Program-made: the position numbers and the translations under genes | Assembly: GCA_963843375.1 (NCBI GenBank) | Contig: CAWJKT010000001.1 | Location: 64,001 to 128,000 of the forward strand | Length of the DNA stretch: 64,000 nt | Source: an uncultured Pseudomonadota bacterium | GTDB lineage: Bacteria; Oederibacteriota; Muellerivitia; Muellerivitales; Muellerivitaceae | Direction of reading: 5' to 3' | Shown: piece by piece, positions 1 to 9,143 of the stretch | Layout: every line of letters starts with the position of its first letter | Numbering within the stretch: position 1 is the stretch's first letter | Notes under the pieces: model-generated | The model's database searches: none | What the model saw: the letters and a program-made list of their open reading frames with translations, nothing else | Told to the model about the DNA's origin: nothing

Positions 1-2353
1 GAAAATAGGTTCCTTGGAATTGGTAAGCCCCGATGTTGGCGGCGATCACGTTTCCCAAGTCGTCCATATTGACACCCTGCAAGGCGGACTTCACCCGGTC
101 GGGGATGACTCTGAGTTCTGGCTGACCGTTGAGGTAATTATCGTCAGCATCGGACAATTTGGGGCTCGAACGCATGGCTTGGCGGATTTTCAGAACCGCC
201 GCATCCAGAGTGTCCCAATCAGGGCCCGTCACTAAAAGTTCCGCCGTATAACCCTTGCCCGCAGACCAGCCCTGCATGGAAAGATCCTGGACTGAGACTT
301 CAATGTCGGGGGAAGTCTGCGCGATGGTTTTGCGACACCAACCGGCGAATTCCTCCTGGGACAATCGCTGGGGAATAAGGTTGCGATAAAGATTGATGGC
401 CCATGCCCAGGGTCCCGAGGCCGGTTCCTTCTCGGAGGCCGGCACTACCGGCCTCTTGCCGGCGCTTTTCATAGTAATGAAGAAGGCGGCGGTATTCGGG
501 GAAAAGGCGGCTTCACCCTGCCCCACACTGATATTTAACCCACCCACGGTCGAATAAAGGTGATTGACTTCGCCCCTGGCCCTAATCAAGTCCTCGCATT
601 GGCGGATCACCCGGTCCGTGTGGTCCAGCGAATATTGGACCGGCAGCTTCAAATTGACGATAAAGACGCTCATGTCCGTGGATGGGACAAAGTCCTTCTT
701 GATATACTTGATGGTAAAGAGTGACAAAAAGAAAGTTCCCAAGGCCAAGAGAACGATGAGCCAGCGGAAATTTAGGCACCAAACCAGGGTGCGCTTGTAA
801 AAATCCGAAAGGCGTCCGAACTGGGTATTCACAAAATGATTGAAAGGTGTGTGTTCGTCCGCCTTGTGCACGAATTCAGCGCAGCGCATGGGGGTGAGGG
901 TGATGGCCTCCAAAAGCGAAATCATGACCGCGCCCGAGATGGTGATCCCGAACTGGAAGAAGAACTTGCCGATGACCCCGGTCATGAAAGCGATGGGCAG
1001 GAAAATGGCCACGATGGCAAGGGAAGTGGCCATGGCAGCGAATGTGATTTCCCGGGCGCCCACCAAAGCCGCCTCCACCTGGTCATCCCCCTTTTCCTGG
1101 TGACGCACGATGTTTTCCAGGACCATGATGGCGTCGTCCACTACCACCCCGATGGAAAGGGAAAGGGCCATGAGGGTGAAGGTGTTGAGGGTGAACCCGA
1201 AGAAATAAGTAACAATGAAGGTGCCCAAGAGGGAAGTGGGAATGGCCATAAGGACATTAAAGGTTGAGGACCAGCTTCCCAGAAAAACATAACAAACGAG
1301 GGAAGTCAGGATGGCGGCCAGGATGATGGTAAATTCCAGTTCGTGGACATTGTCTTTGATGAAGGTGGTGGTGTCGAAGTTGACGGCCATATGGTAACCC
1401 TTGGGCAACAATTGGACCATTTGCTTCATTTTGGCCCGGGCGGCGTCGGCAATTTTGACGGCGTTGTAGCCGTTTTGCATGACGATTCCCAAGCCCACCG
1501 CGGAAGTGCCGTTAAAACGCGAAATGCCGGTCAAGGGGGTGACGATTCCGTCCTCAATGGAGCCGATGTCCTTTAAGCGCAGCAAGGTGTAATTGGGATT
1601 GCCGCCACGGGTCAGAATAGGCAGATTGGCGAAATCCGGGATGGTATAGGCCTCCCCCATCATTCGAATGGAATATTCAACATCGGGGGTTTCCAAGTAA
1701 CCGGCGGGCACTTCGGCATGCTGGTGTTGGATTGAACTGATGATGTCCAGGGCGGTCAATTCCTTAGCGTTGAGTTTATTGTTATCGGCCCAAACGTTGA
1801 CTTCGCGGTCCATAAAACCCCCCAGGTTAACGGCCGAAACCCCCGTCAAGCTGGTGAACTTATCCTTGATGTGGTCGCGCGTATAAAGCATGAGGTCTTT
1901 TTCCGAAATAGGCGGATCGGCGGTGACCGCGAACCAAATAATGGGGGAACTGTTGGGATCGTATTTTTTGATGACCGGCGGGTAGATGTTGGTAGGAAGC
2001 TGCTTTTCTACGGAAAATATAAGGGTTTGGACTTCCTGGACCGCAACATCCACATTTCGGGAGATATCCAGAAAAATCGAGATGCTGGCCTGGCCCTGGG
2101 TACAGGTGGTTTGGACGTCCTGCACGCCTTCCACCCCCATAACGGCCTGCTCCACCACGTCCGCCACATCGGATTCGATCACCTCGGGGGCGGCGTTGGG
2201 AAGGGTAATGGTGACATTGACGACGGGGAAATTGACGTCCGGCATTTGGGAGAGGCCCATTCGGCTGAAACAAATAAAACCAAAAAAGATGAGACCGATC
2301 ATCAACATCCAGGCGAAAACCGGGTTGCGAATGGAGACGTCGGATAGTGTCAT
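1..2353 (-). CDS. RND (AcrB/AcrD/AcrF family) efflux permease, paralog B; 3' end runs off the window
   Basis: Absent from the ORF track because it has no stop in the window. ATG at 2353; manual translation gives MTLSDVSIRNPVFAWMLMIG...GVVVDDAIMVLEN...VIAANIGAYQFQGTYF, collinear with the 2427-5945 protein and in frame at base 2. Confidence 0.93.
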   Translation of the reverse strand, partial: MTLSDVSIRNPVFAWMLMIGLIFFGFICFSRMGLSQMPDVNFPVVNVTITLPNAAPEVIESDVADVVEQAVMGVEGVQDVQTTCTQGQASISIFLDISRNVDVAVQEVQTLIFSVEKQLPTNIYPPVIKKYDPNSSPIIWFAVTADPPISEKDLMLYTRDHIKDKFTSLTGVSAVNLGGFMDREVNVWADNNKLNAKELTALDIISSIQHQHAEVPAGYLETPDVEYSIRMMGEAYTIPDFANLPILTRGGNPNYTLLRLKDIGSIEDGIVTPLTGISRFNGTSAVGLGIVMQNGYNAVKIADAARAKMKQMVQLLPKGYHMAVNFDTTTFIKDNVHELEFTIILAAILTSLVCYVFLGSWSSTFNVLMAIPTSLLGTFIVTYFFGFTLNTFTLMALSLSIGVVVDDAIMVLENIVRHQEKGDDQVEAALVGAREITFAAMATSLAIVAIFLPIAFMTGVIGKFFFQFGITISGAVMISLLEAITLTPMRCAEFVHKADEHTPFNHFVNTQFGRLSDFYKRTLVWCLNFRWLIVLLALGTFFLSLFTIKYIKKDFVPSTDMSVFIVNLKLPVQYSLDHTDRVIRQCEDLIRARGEVNHLYSTVGGLNISVGQGEAAFSPNTAAFFITMKSAGKRPVVPASEKEPASGPWAWAINLYRNLIPQRLSQEEFAGWCRKTIAQTSPDIEVSVQDLSMQGWSAGKGYTAELLVTGPDWDTLDAAVLKIRQAMRSSPKLSDADDNYLNGQPELRVIPDRVKSALQGVNMDDLGNVIAANIGAYQFQGTYF

Positions 2354-2426
2354 GGTTTATTTCCTTGGGTTCATCCGGAGGAGAGGCCCTAAGCCCCCTT
2401 TCCCCGCGGCGGTTTGGAGATTTGGT

Positions 2427-5400
2427 CTATCTTTTTTTGGGCTTGGTATCGCCGTTCTCGAAGCCGCCCGCGTGGTGAGGCTTGGACCGTTCCCACGCGG
2501 ACATGATGCTATAAGCGCAGGGCACGACGAAGAGTGTCAAGAGCGTCGAGAAAATGATCCCCCCAATGATGACAATCGACATTGGCTGGCGAAGTTCGGC
2601 TCCCGGCCCTAAGGCCAGGGCGGCGGGGATCGCTCCCGCCACTGTGGCGAAGGAAGTCATCAGAATGGGTCTTAAACGGATGGGACAGGCCGCCAAGAGC
2701 GCATCCTGGATGTTCATCCCCGCGGCTCGGCGCTGGTTGGTGAAATCCACCAGCATGATCGAGTTTTTCTTCACCAACCCCAACAGAAGGATGATGCCAA
2801 CCATGCTGTAGATGCTGAGGGCTTTTCCCGTGATGAGTAGGGAAAAGAGGGCGCCTGTCACCGAAAAGGGCAGAGCCAATAGAATGATGATGGGGTGGAT
2901 GAAGCTGTTGAACTGGCTTCCTAGGACCATGTAGGCCACCGCGATTCCCATGAGCATGACGAAAAGAAGCTGGTTGCTGGAGTCCGAGTTGGCCTGGGAA
3001 GATCCGGTCAACATAACGTTGTATCCCTCGGGCAATATGCTTTTGCAGACCTGGACGGCTTCGTCCAGGCCTTCTTTTTGCGTGTGGCCCTGGGCGGCGT
3101 TGGCATAAAAGATGACCGACCTTTGGCGCATGTCACGGGTAATCTGCTGGAGGGCGGAAACCTGCTTGAGCTCGGCAATGGCCGAAACCGGAAGCACCTC
3201 GCCGCGGTTGTTACGGACATAAACCTGGTTGATGGATTCGGGGCCCTTGCGTTCGTCCACGGGAACCCGGATGGCGATAGGATTATCGTGGCCGCCCTCA
3301 TGGAAATAGGTCCCCTGGAACTGGTAACCGCCCATAGTGGCCGCGATGACGTTCCCCAAATCATCCATATTCACCCCTTCCAGGGCCGATTTCACCCGGT
3401 CCGGGATGACCCGGATTTCAGGCTGGCCATCAAGGAAGTTGTCGTATTCGTCGGTCAATTTTGGATCGGCTCTGAAGGCCGCCCGGATTTTCTGGACACA
3501 ATCGGTCAGGGTATCCCAGTCGGGGCCCGAAACCATCAATTCGGCGGCGTAACCTTTGCCCGTGGACCAACCCCTTTGGGAGAGGTCCTGGATGGAAACC
3601 CGAAGATCCGGGGAGGCTTTTTGTAAGCCTTTTCTCACCCAATTGGCGAACTCAGCTTGGGTCAAACGTTGGGGGAAGAGATTGTAATAAATCCGGATGG
3701 CCCAAGCCCAGGGCCCGGCGGGAGCGGTTTTCTCGGAGGGCTTGACGATAGGCCGGTCCTGAGGGTCCTTCAGGGTGAGAAAGATATTTCCCACGTTGGG
3801 GGTCGTTCCGCCAAACCCACCAACCGCTGCGTAGACATTTTTGACCTCGCCGCGGGTGTGCAAGATCGTTTCACATTTTTTGACAATGCCGTCGGTTTTA
3901 TCCACCGAATATTGGACCGGCAGATTCAAGTTGACGATAAAGACACTCATGTCTGTGCTGGGAACAAATTCCTTTTTCACCATCGGGATGGTGCGCAAAG
4001 AAGCGCCAAAGATGGCAAAGGCCACGACCGTCACCCACCATCGGTGATCGAAAAAGACATGGGAATAGATGAAGTGACGATATTTCCACAGAATCCACAA
4101 AACCCACAACAAAAACAAAACAAAATAGCCCAGTGAAATCTGGTGACCCAAGGGAGAATCCCATTTATTCAGCACGAACAGGACCGTCAAGCCGCCCATG
4201 AAGGTCAGGATGGGTCCCAGGGAATAAAGAGGCTTCTTTAGCTCAGCCTGGACCTCGGCGACCAATTTTTTTCCGTCGATAAAAAATATCCATGAGAAAA
4301 ATCGATGAAAGAGAGAGATTTTGCCGGTCTTAAATTCGCTTAAGAGAACATCTGTTTTCCACCGGATACAGGCGGCAAGCAGGCGGGTGTACAAATCCGA
4401 GAGCTTCTTGAATTGGGCGTTCACGAAGTGATTGAAGGTACTGTTCTCGTTGGCCTTGTGCACGAACTCGGCGCAGCGCATGGGAGTAAGGGTGATGGCT
4501 TCCAAAAGCGAGATCATGACCGCGCCTGAGATGGTGATCCCGAACTGGAAGAAGAACTTGCCAATGACGCCTGTCATGAAGGCGATGGGGAGGAAAATGG
4601 CCACGATGGCCATCGAAGTGGCCATGGCCGCAAAAGTAATTTCCCGCGCGCCCTTGAGGGCAGCCTCCACCTGGCCTTCGCCTCTTTCCTGGTGACGCAC
4701 GATGTTTTCCAGGACCATGATGGCATCGTCCACGACCACGCCGATGGATAGGGAAAGTGCCATGAGGGTGAAGGTGTTAAGAGTAAATCCGAAAAAATAA
4801 GCCACGATGAATGTGCCGAAAAGGGATGTGGGGATGGCCAAAAAAACATTCAAGGTGGAAGACCAGCTTCCCAGGAAGACAAAGCAAACCAAGGAAGTCA
4901 GCACGGCCGCCAGAATGATGGTGATTTCCAGTTCATGCACGTTGTCCTTGATGAACTTGGTGGTGTCGAAGTTGATGTCGATGTGATATCCCTTGGGTAA
5001 TTGGGATTTCAGTTCTTCCGCGCGCTTTTTTGCCGAGTTGGCGATATCCACCGCGTTGTAGCCGTCCTGCATGACGACACCCAAGCCGACGGAGGGTGTC
5101 CCGTTGAACCGGGAGAGGCGGACAATCGGGGTCGTAATGCCATCTTCAATCGTTCCGATATCTTTCAGGCGGGTGAGGGTGTAGTTGGGGTTGCCGCCCC
5201 GGGTCAGGATAGGAAGGTTGGCGAAATCGGGGACGGTATATGCCTCCCCCATCATCCGGATCGAATATTGGATATCCGGTGTTTCCATATAACCCGCGGG
5301 AACCTCGGCATGCTGATGCTGGATAGTGTTGATGATGTCCAGGGCCGTCAATTGACGGTTGTTCATTTTTTGATTGTCGGCCCAAACGTTGATTTCCCGG

Positions 5401-5945
5401 TTCATGTAACCACCGAGGAAAACCTGGGCGACTCCGTCCAGACTGGTGAACTTGTCCTGAATGTGGTCCCGGGTGTAAAGGTTCAAATCCCTCAGAGTCA
5501 AGGGCGGGTCGGCTGTGACGGCGAACCAAATGATCGGGGAGGCGTTGGGATTTAATTTTTTGATGACAGGAGGAAAAATGTTGGTGGGAAGCTGTTTTTC
5601 AACGGAAAAAATCATGGTTTGGACTTCCTGGACAGCGATGTCGGGGTCGCGGCTTAAGTCCAGGTAAACCGAAGTACTGGCCAGCCCTTGGCTGCAAGTC
5701 GTCTGCACATCCTGAACGCCTTCCACGCCCAAGACGGCCTGTTCCACCGGATCGGCCACGTCGGATTCCACCACTTCAGGGGCGGCGTTGGGAAGGGTAA
5801 TGGAAACGTTGACTACGGGAAAAGCCACGTCCGGCATTTGGGCCAGCCCCATCCGCAGGAAACAAATTACCCCGAACAGGATGAGCCCTAGCATGAGCAT
5901 CCATGCAAAGACGGGATTTCGAATAGAGACGTCGGATAAAGTCAT
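2427..5945 (-). CDS. RND (AcrB/AcrD/AcrF family) efflux permease, paralog A (1172 aa)
   Basis: Proton-relay motifs GVVVDDAIMVLEN (TM4), GLVKKNSIMLVD (TM10), RLRPILMTS (TM11); two large periplasmic loops. Confidence 0.96.
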   Translation of the reverse strand: MTLSDVSIRNPVFAWMLMLGLILFGVICFLRMGLAQMPDVAFPVVNVSITLPNAAPEVVESDVADPVEQAVLGVEGVQDVQTTCSQGLASTSVYLDLSRDPDIAVQEVQTMIFSVEKQLPTNIFPPVIKKLNPNASPIIWFAVTADPPLTLRDLNLYTRDHIQDKFTSLDGVAQVFLGGYMNREINVWADNQKMNNRQLTALDIINTIQHQHAEVPAGYMETPDIQYSIRMMGEAYTVPDFANLPILTRGGNPNYTLTRLKDIGTIEDGITTPIVRLSRFNGTPSVGLGVVMQDGYNAVDIANSAKKRAEELKSQLPKGYHIDINFDTTKFIKDNVHELEITIILAAVLTSLVCFVFLGSWSSTLNVFLAIPTSLFGTFIVAYFFGFTLNTFTLMALSLSIGVVVDDAIMVLENIVRHQERGEGQVEAALKGAREITFAAMATSMAIVAIFLPIAFMTGVIGKFFFQFGITISGAVMISLLEAITLTPMRCAEFVHKANENSTFNHFVNAQFKKLSDLYTRLLAACIRWKTDVLLSEFKTGKISLFHRFFSWIFFIDGKKLVAEVQAELKKPLYSLGPILTFMGGLTVLFVLNKWDSPLGHQISLGYFVLFLLWVLWILWKYRHFIYSHVFFDHRWWVTVVAFAIFGASLRTIPMVKKEFVPSTDMSVFIVNLNLPVQYSVDKTDGIVKKCETILHTRGEVKNVYAAVGGFGGTTPNVGNIFLTLKDPQDRPIVKPSEKTAPAGPWAWAIRIYYNLFPQRLTQAEFANWVRKGLQKASPDLRVSIQDLSQRGWSTGKGYAAELMVSGPDWDTLTDCVQKIRAAFRADPKLTDEYDNFLDGQPEIRVIPDRVKSALEGVNMDDLGNVIAATMGGYQFQGTYFHEGGHDNPIAIRVPVDERKGPESINQVYVRNNRGEVLPVSAIAELKQVSALQQITRDMRQRSVIFYANAAQGHTQKEGLDEAVQVCKSILPEGYNVMLTGSSQANSDSSNQLLFVMLMGIAVAYMVLGSQFNSFIHPIIILLALPFSVTGALFSLLITGKALSIYSMVGIILLLGLVKKNSIMLVDFTNQRRAAGMNIQDALLAACPIRLRPILMTSFATVAGAIPAALALGPGAELRQPMSIVIIGGIIFSTLLTLFVVPCAYSIMSAWERSKPHHAGGFENGDTKPKKR

Positions 5946-6028
5946 GGGTTTCCTCTCGGAATATCACCGGTTACATCATGAACCCTGCAAGTTGATGAAC
6001 TCGGGACTTTCAATTACCTGGGGCGACC

Positions 6029-7423
6029 TTATTGCTTATCATCGCCATAGGGTGACATTTTCGGCATTTCGCCCGTGGCAACTTTCAGCCAAATTTGGTC
6101 ATAGAGTGTCTGGTACTTGGCCGTGATATAACTGACTTCAGTCGTCTCCAAGGACGTCATGACTTGGAGCAGTTCCAGGTTCGTCGTCAGATTCAACTTG
6201 AGGTCATGCAGGACGTCCTGGTAATCCTGTTGATAGGCTTGGACGGCCTTTTGGTAGGCGTCGGTTTCCCCCATAGATTCCACTAAGCTTTTATAGGCCT
6301 CCCGGATATCATCCGTAGCCGTCCTTCTTAGGAGGGACAAATTCATTTCAGCCTGACGTTTCTTGGAAGCCGCTTCATCCTCCTGGGCGACAACCTGGCC
6401 GCCCTCAAAAATAGGAAGGGACGCCACTAATTCCACGCTCCACGTGGGGACATCCACGGTTTTATCGTAATCCAGGTAGTAATCACCCTCGGCGAGGATC
6501 GTCGGCAGGTGCTCGCCATGGGCTGCTAAAAGCTGGGCATCGGTTACGACCACGCTGGCTGCTGCGGCTTTTACTTCGGGCCGGTTTTCCACCTTGGCTT
6601 CGGCATCCTCTGCGGAATAGGAGGGGGTGGAATAGGCTTCCTCGGAAACCAACGCTTGATCGGGTTTGAGATTGGCCAAGGTGGCCAGCATCTCCCGGGC
6701 CTGGGCCAATTGATACTTGTCATTCTCCAAGTCGGCTAGGACCTGCATGAGTTGGGCCTGGGTGTTGGACACATCCGCAGTCCGGGAGCGGCCCATGACC
6801 TGCCATTTTTTTTCCAAGTCCAGGGTTTGCTGGTTCAAATCCCTGGACTTCTCCAAAGCTTGTTGCGATTCTTCCAGTTGAAGTACGGAATAAAAAGCCT
6901 TGGCCACGTTCAAAAGAAGTTGCTGGGATTGGTAGCGAAGATTGTAATTTTGATTATCGATATTGGCTTCGGCGCCCTCAATCGCAGCGGGCTCAGCCAA
7001 ACCATTTAAGATGGTTTCGGATGCGGAAAAATAAACCGTGTCATTGACCGGGTCAGCGAGGACATTGGAGGAGCCGTGACCGATGGATTGAGTGGAAGGA
7101 AACCAGGTTTTGGTCCCGTTCAAGTAAATTTGGGGCAGGGCGCCTCCCAAGGCCTGAGCTTCCGTGGCCTTTGCCTGCACGACGTTTTCAGCGTTAGTGG
7201 CCATGGTTTCAGTGTGTTTGACCGCAAGGGCATAAACGTCGTAAAGATTTAGGGTGGCTTTTTGGTCGGCTTTCTGAACATCCTCCGTGGTTAATCCAGT
7301 CACTTCTTGGAGGGTTTTCTCAACGTGGTCATCCCCGACCTTGACCGGCGCTTCTGCGCATCCTGAAAAAGATAACAAAAAAGCGCCGGCAGCCAGCGCT
7401 TGGAAGAAAGGATTGCGAATCAA
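6029..7423 (-). CDS. TolC-family outer membrane efflux protein (probable lipoprotein)
   Basis: Lipobox-like LSFSGC; two OEP-type repeats (VAKAFYSVL, ASLPIFEGG); AAGGAG RBS before a TTG start; directly upstream of the RND genes. Confidence 0.9.
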   Translation of the reverse strand: MIRNPFFQALAAGAFLLSFSGCAEAPVKVGDDHVEKTLQEVTGLTTEDVQKADQKATLNLYDVYALAVKHTETMATNAENVVQAKATEAQALGGALPQIYLNGTKTWFPSTQSIGHGSSNVLADPVNDTVYFSASETILNGLAEPAAIEGAEANIDNQNYNLRYQSQQLLLNVAKAFYSVLQLEESQQALEKSRDLNQQTLDLEKKWQVMGRSRTADVSNTQAQLMQVLADLENDKYQLAQAREMLATLANLKPDQALVSEEAYSTPSYSAEDAEAKVENRPEVKAAAASVVVTDAQLLAAHGEHLPTILAEGDYYLDYDKTVDVPTWSVELVASLPIFEGGQVVAQEDEAASKKRQAEMNLSLLRRTATDDIREAYKSLVESMGETDAYQKAVQAYQQDYQDVLHDLKLNLTTNLELLQVMTSLETTEVSYITAKYQTLYDQIWLKVATGEMPKMSPYGDDKQ

Positions 7424-7587
7424 GTTGAAATCTCCTTTTCTGGGTATTGCTACAAGCGGCCTATCAAGTGGAGGACATTATGCCGATTGGGGGCTTGGAT
7501 TCAATCCTGAATGGCTGAAAAAAGTTCATAAAACCGGTTTTAAAGGGCCCCCCCAAAAACGGGGAAAGGTTTAAATATTCAACCAGA

Positions 7588-8010
7588 TTAATTGCCTGTA
7601 ACCGCCCCTGCGGAAACGGGACCATCATCGCAGCCAAAGAATCGGGATTTTTCTTTCTGTTTTTGTTCCCATTTGATCAACATATCATCCAATTTTTTTT
7701 GTTGGTCGGGATTCAAGAGCGCCCGAAGTTGGCTATTAAAAGAGTCCCGGAGGGCTTTGAATTTTAAATCGCCTTCCTTACGCAAGGCGTCGGTTTTGGG
7801 AAGCTCCTGTTTTAAAAGAACCTCCACCTTTGCTTTTTGATCCTCGTTTAAGTCGTACCTGGATACCAAGCGTTTCAATATACGGCTCGAGTCCACGATA
7901 CCAGGTGGGTGATGAGGCCGAAAAAATTGATGAATAACCAAGCCGGTGGCCGTGACGCCCAAAAGGAAACCGATCAGGAGGGTCAGAAATGTTTTAATCC
8001 AGGGTTTCAT
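7588..8010 (-). CDS. Spy/CpxP-like periplasmic protein (heavy-metal sensor-like)
   Basis: N-terminal TM segment, then two LTxxQ-like motifs (LNEDQKAK, LNPDQQKK); typical third gene of ECF/anti-sigma clusters. Confidence 0.7.
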   Translation of the reverse strand: MKPWIKTFLTLLIGFLLGVTATGLVIHQFFRPHHPPGIVDSSRILKRLVSRYDLNEDQKAKVEVLLKQELPKTDALRKEGDLKFKALRDSFNSQLRALLNPDQQKKLDDMLIKWEQKQKEKSRFFGCDDGPVSAGAVTGN

Positions 8011-8022
8011 ATTGAACTTCCT

Positions 8023-8484
8023 TTAAGGTGTATAGTCGTCGTCGGGTGAATAGGAAGCCAGGGTAATCCCGTTGGTGGTGGTCGAAGTGCCATACGAAAA
8101 GTTGGAGGAAAAAGCCGTTTCAACATTGGTGGGCGAAACCAGTTCGGTCGAGTCGGGTAAGACCGTGAAAAAAACCCAGGCCGCCACGGCGGCTGACCCC
8201 AGGAGGGGGATCAACCACCGAAGGGCAAAACCGGAGGAGAAGAAGCCGCTCTTTGGGGAAGCGGATTCCAACCGGTTCATAACTTTCAAGACGAAGAAAT
8301 CCTCGGAAGCTTCCGAGAAGGTTTGGGCGGGGAAAAGCTTTCTGGACACGATCTTCCATTCGGCGATAGCCCGGCGGCATTCGGCGCATTGGGGTAAATG
8401 ACCTTCCACTAGCTTCCTTTCCTTTTCGGTCAAGGGGCCATCAAACAAGGTCAGTAGTTTTTGTTGGATCGCATCGTGATTCAT
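8023..8484 (-). CDS. zinc-finger (zf-HC2) transmembrane anti-sigma factor
   Basis: HxxxCxxC motif (HLPQCAEC), one TM helix, immediately downstream of the ECF sigma gene. Confidence 0.88.
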   Translation of the reverse strand: MNHDAIQQKLLTLFDGPLTEKERKLVEGHLPQCAECRRAIAEWKIVSRKLFPAQTFSEASEDFFVLKVMNRLESASPKSGFFSSGFALRWLIPLLGSAAVAAWVFFTVLPDSTELVSPTNVETAFSSNFSYGTSTTTNGITLASYSPDDDYTP

Positions 8485-8493
8485 TTTTTTCTC

Positions 8494-9072
8494 CTACTTA
8501 TCCGTATAGACGTCTTTTTCCTGTATAAAGTGTCGTAAATTCTCCTGCAACTGTTTTCGGGCCCGCGAAAGGCGTCCCTTCACGGCGTCCAGGGAACAAT
8601 CCATAACTTCGGCAATTTCCTGATATTCAAGGCCTTCCGCTTCCCGTAGAGTAAGAATCGTACGATAATCCTGGGGCAGGGTGGCAAGGATTTTACCAGC
8701 CAAATCCCGATTTTCCATTTGGGAAGCGGCCACCGCAGAGGTGGAAAATAGATGATGGATATGGTCGCCTTCATCTTCTACGAGAGTATCCAGGGATACC
8801 GTCCGGCGTCGGTTCCTCTTCCTTAATATATCCAGGCAATGGTTGGCTGTGATGCGATAGAGCCAGGTGGAAAAGGATGAATTACCTTTGAATTTGCCCA
8901 GGGATCGGTAAGCCTTTACGAAGACATCCTGGGCCCCTTCCTCCGCTTCGGTACGGTTTTGGAGCATGGAGAGGCAATAGCCCATCACCTTTTTGTGATA
9001 TTGGCGCACAAGCTCAGCGTAAAGTTCCTTTTGGCCGGAACGAATTTTTTCAATCAGTTCGTGGTCGTTAAT
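8494..9072 (-). CDS. ECF RNA polymerase sigma-70 factor
   Basis: Region 2 (AEEGAQDVFVKAY...FSTWLYRITAN) and region 4 (EGLEYQEIAEVM...VKGRLSRAR). The frame extends upstream of the GTG at 9009 as INDHELIEKIRSGQKELYAELV to an ATT at 9072 preceded by GAGG. Confidence 0.93.
   Translation of the reverse strand: MNDHELIEKIRSGQKELYAELVRQYHKKVMGYCLSMLQNRTEAEEGAQDVFVKAYRSLGKFKGNSSFSTWLYRITANHCLDILRKRNRRRTVSLDTLVEDEGDHIHHLFSTSAVAASQMENRDLAGKILATLPQDYRTILTLREAEGLEYQEIAEVMDCSLDAVKGRLSRARKQLQENLRHFIQEKDVYTDK
8507..8534 (-). promoter_or_regulatory. putative ECF-sigma promoter inside the 3' end of the sigma gene, facing the anti-sigma gene
   Basis: Minus strand reads GACACTTT-N14-CGTCTA, the same bipartite motif as at 9117-9143. 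Confidence 0.55.
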
Positions 9073-9116
9073 AGCGAAGCCTCTTTAATTGTTTAGCCTA
9101 ATCCCTTCTTATATAT

Positions 9117-9143
9117 TAGACGGTCTCAAGGTGTAAAAGTGTC
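9117..9143 (-). promoter_or_regulatory. putative autoregulatory ECF-sigma promoter
   Basis: Minus strand reads GACACTTT-N13-CGTCTA, about 45 nt upstream of the sigma start; CGTC is a typical ECF -10 core. Confidence 0.6.

Noticed and set aside
780..5945. Long DNA similarity between about 780-2353 and 4370-5945 as a possible mobile repeat or misassembly
   Set aside because: The copies differ at many synonymous and non-synonymous sites, consistent with an older tandem gene duplication.
14..5967. Many plus-strand ORFs over the RND genes, some similar to each other (836-1267, 840-1103, 4432-4695)
   Set aside because: Antisense shadows of the two paralogous permeases; their mutual similarity only reflects the duplication.
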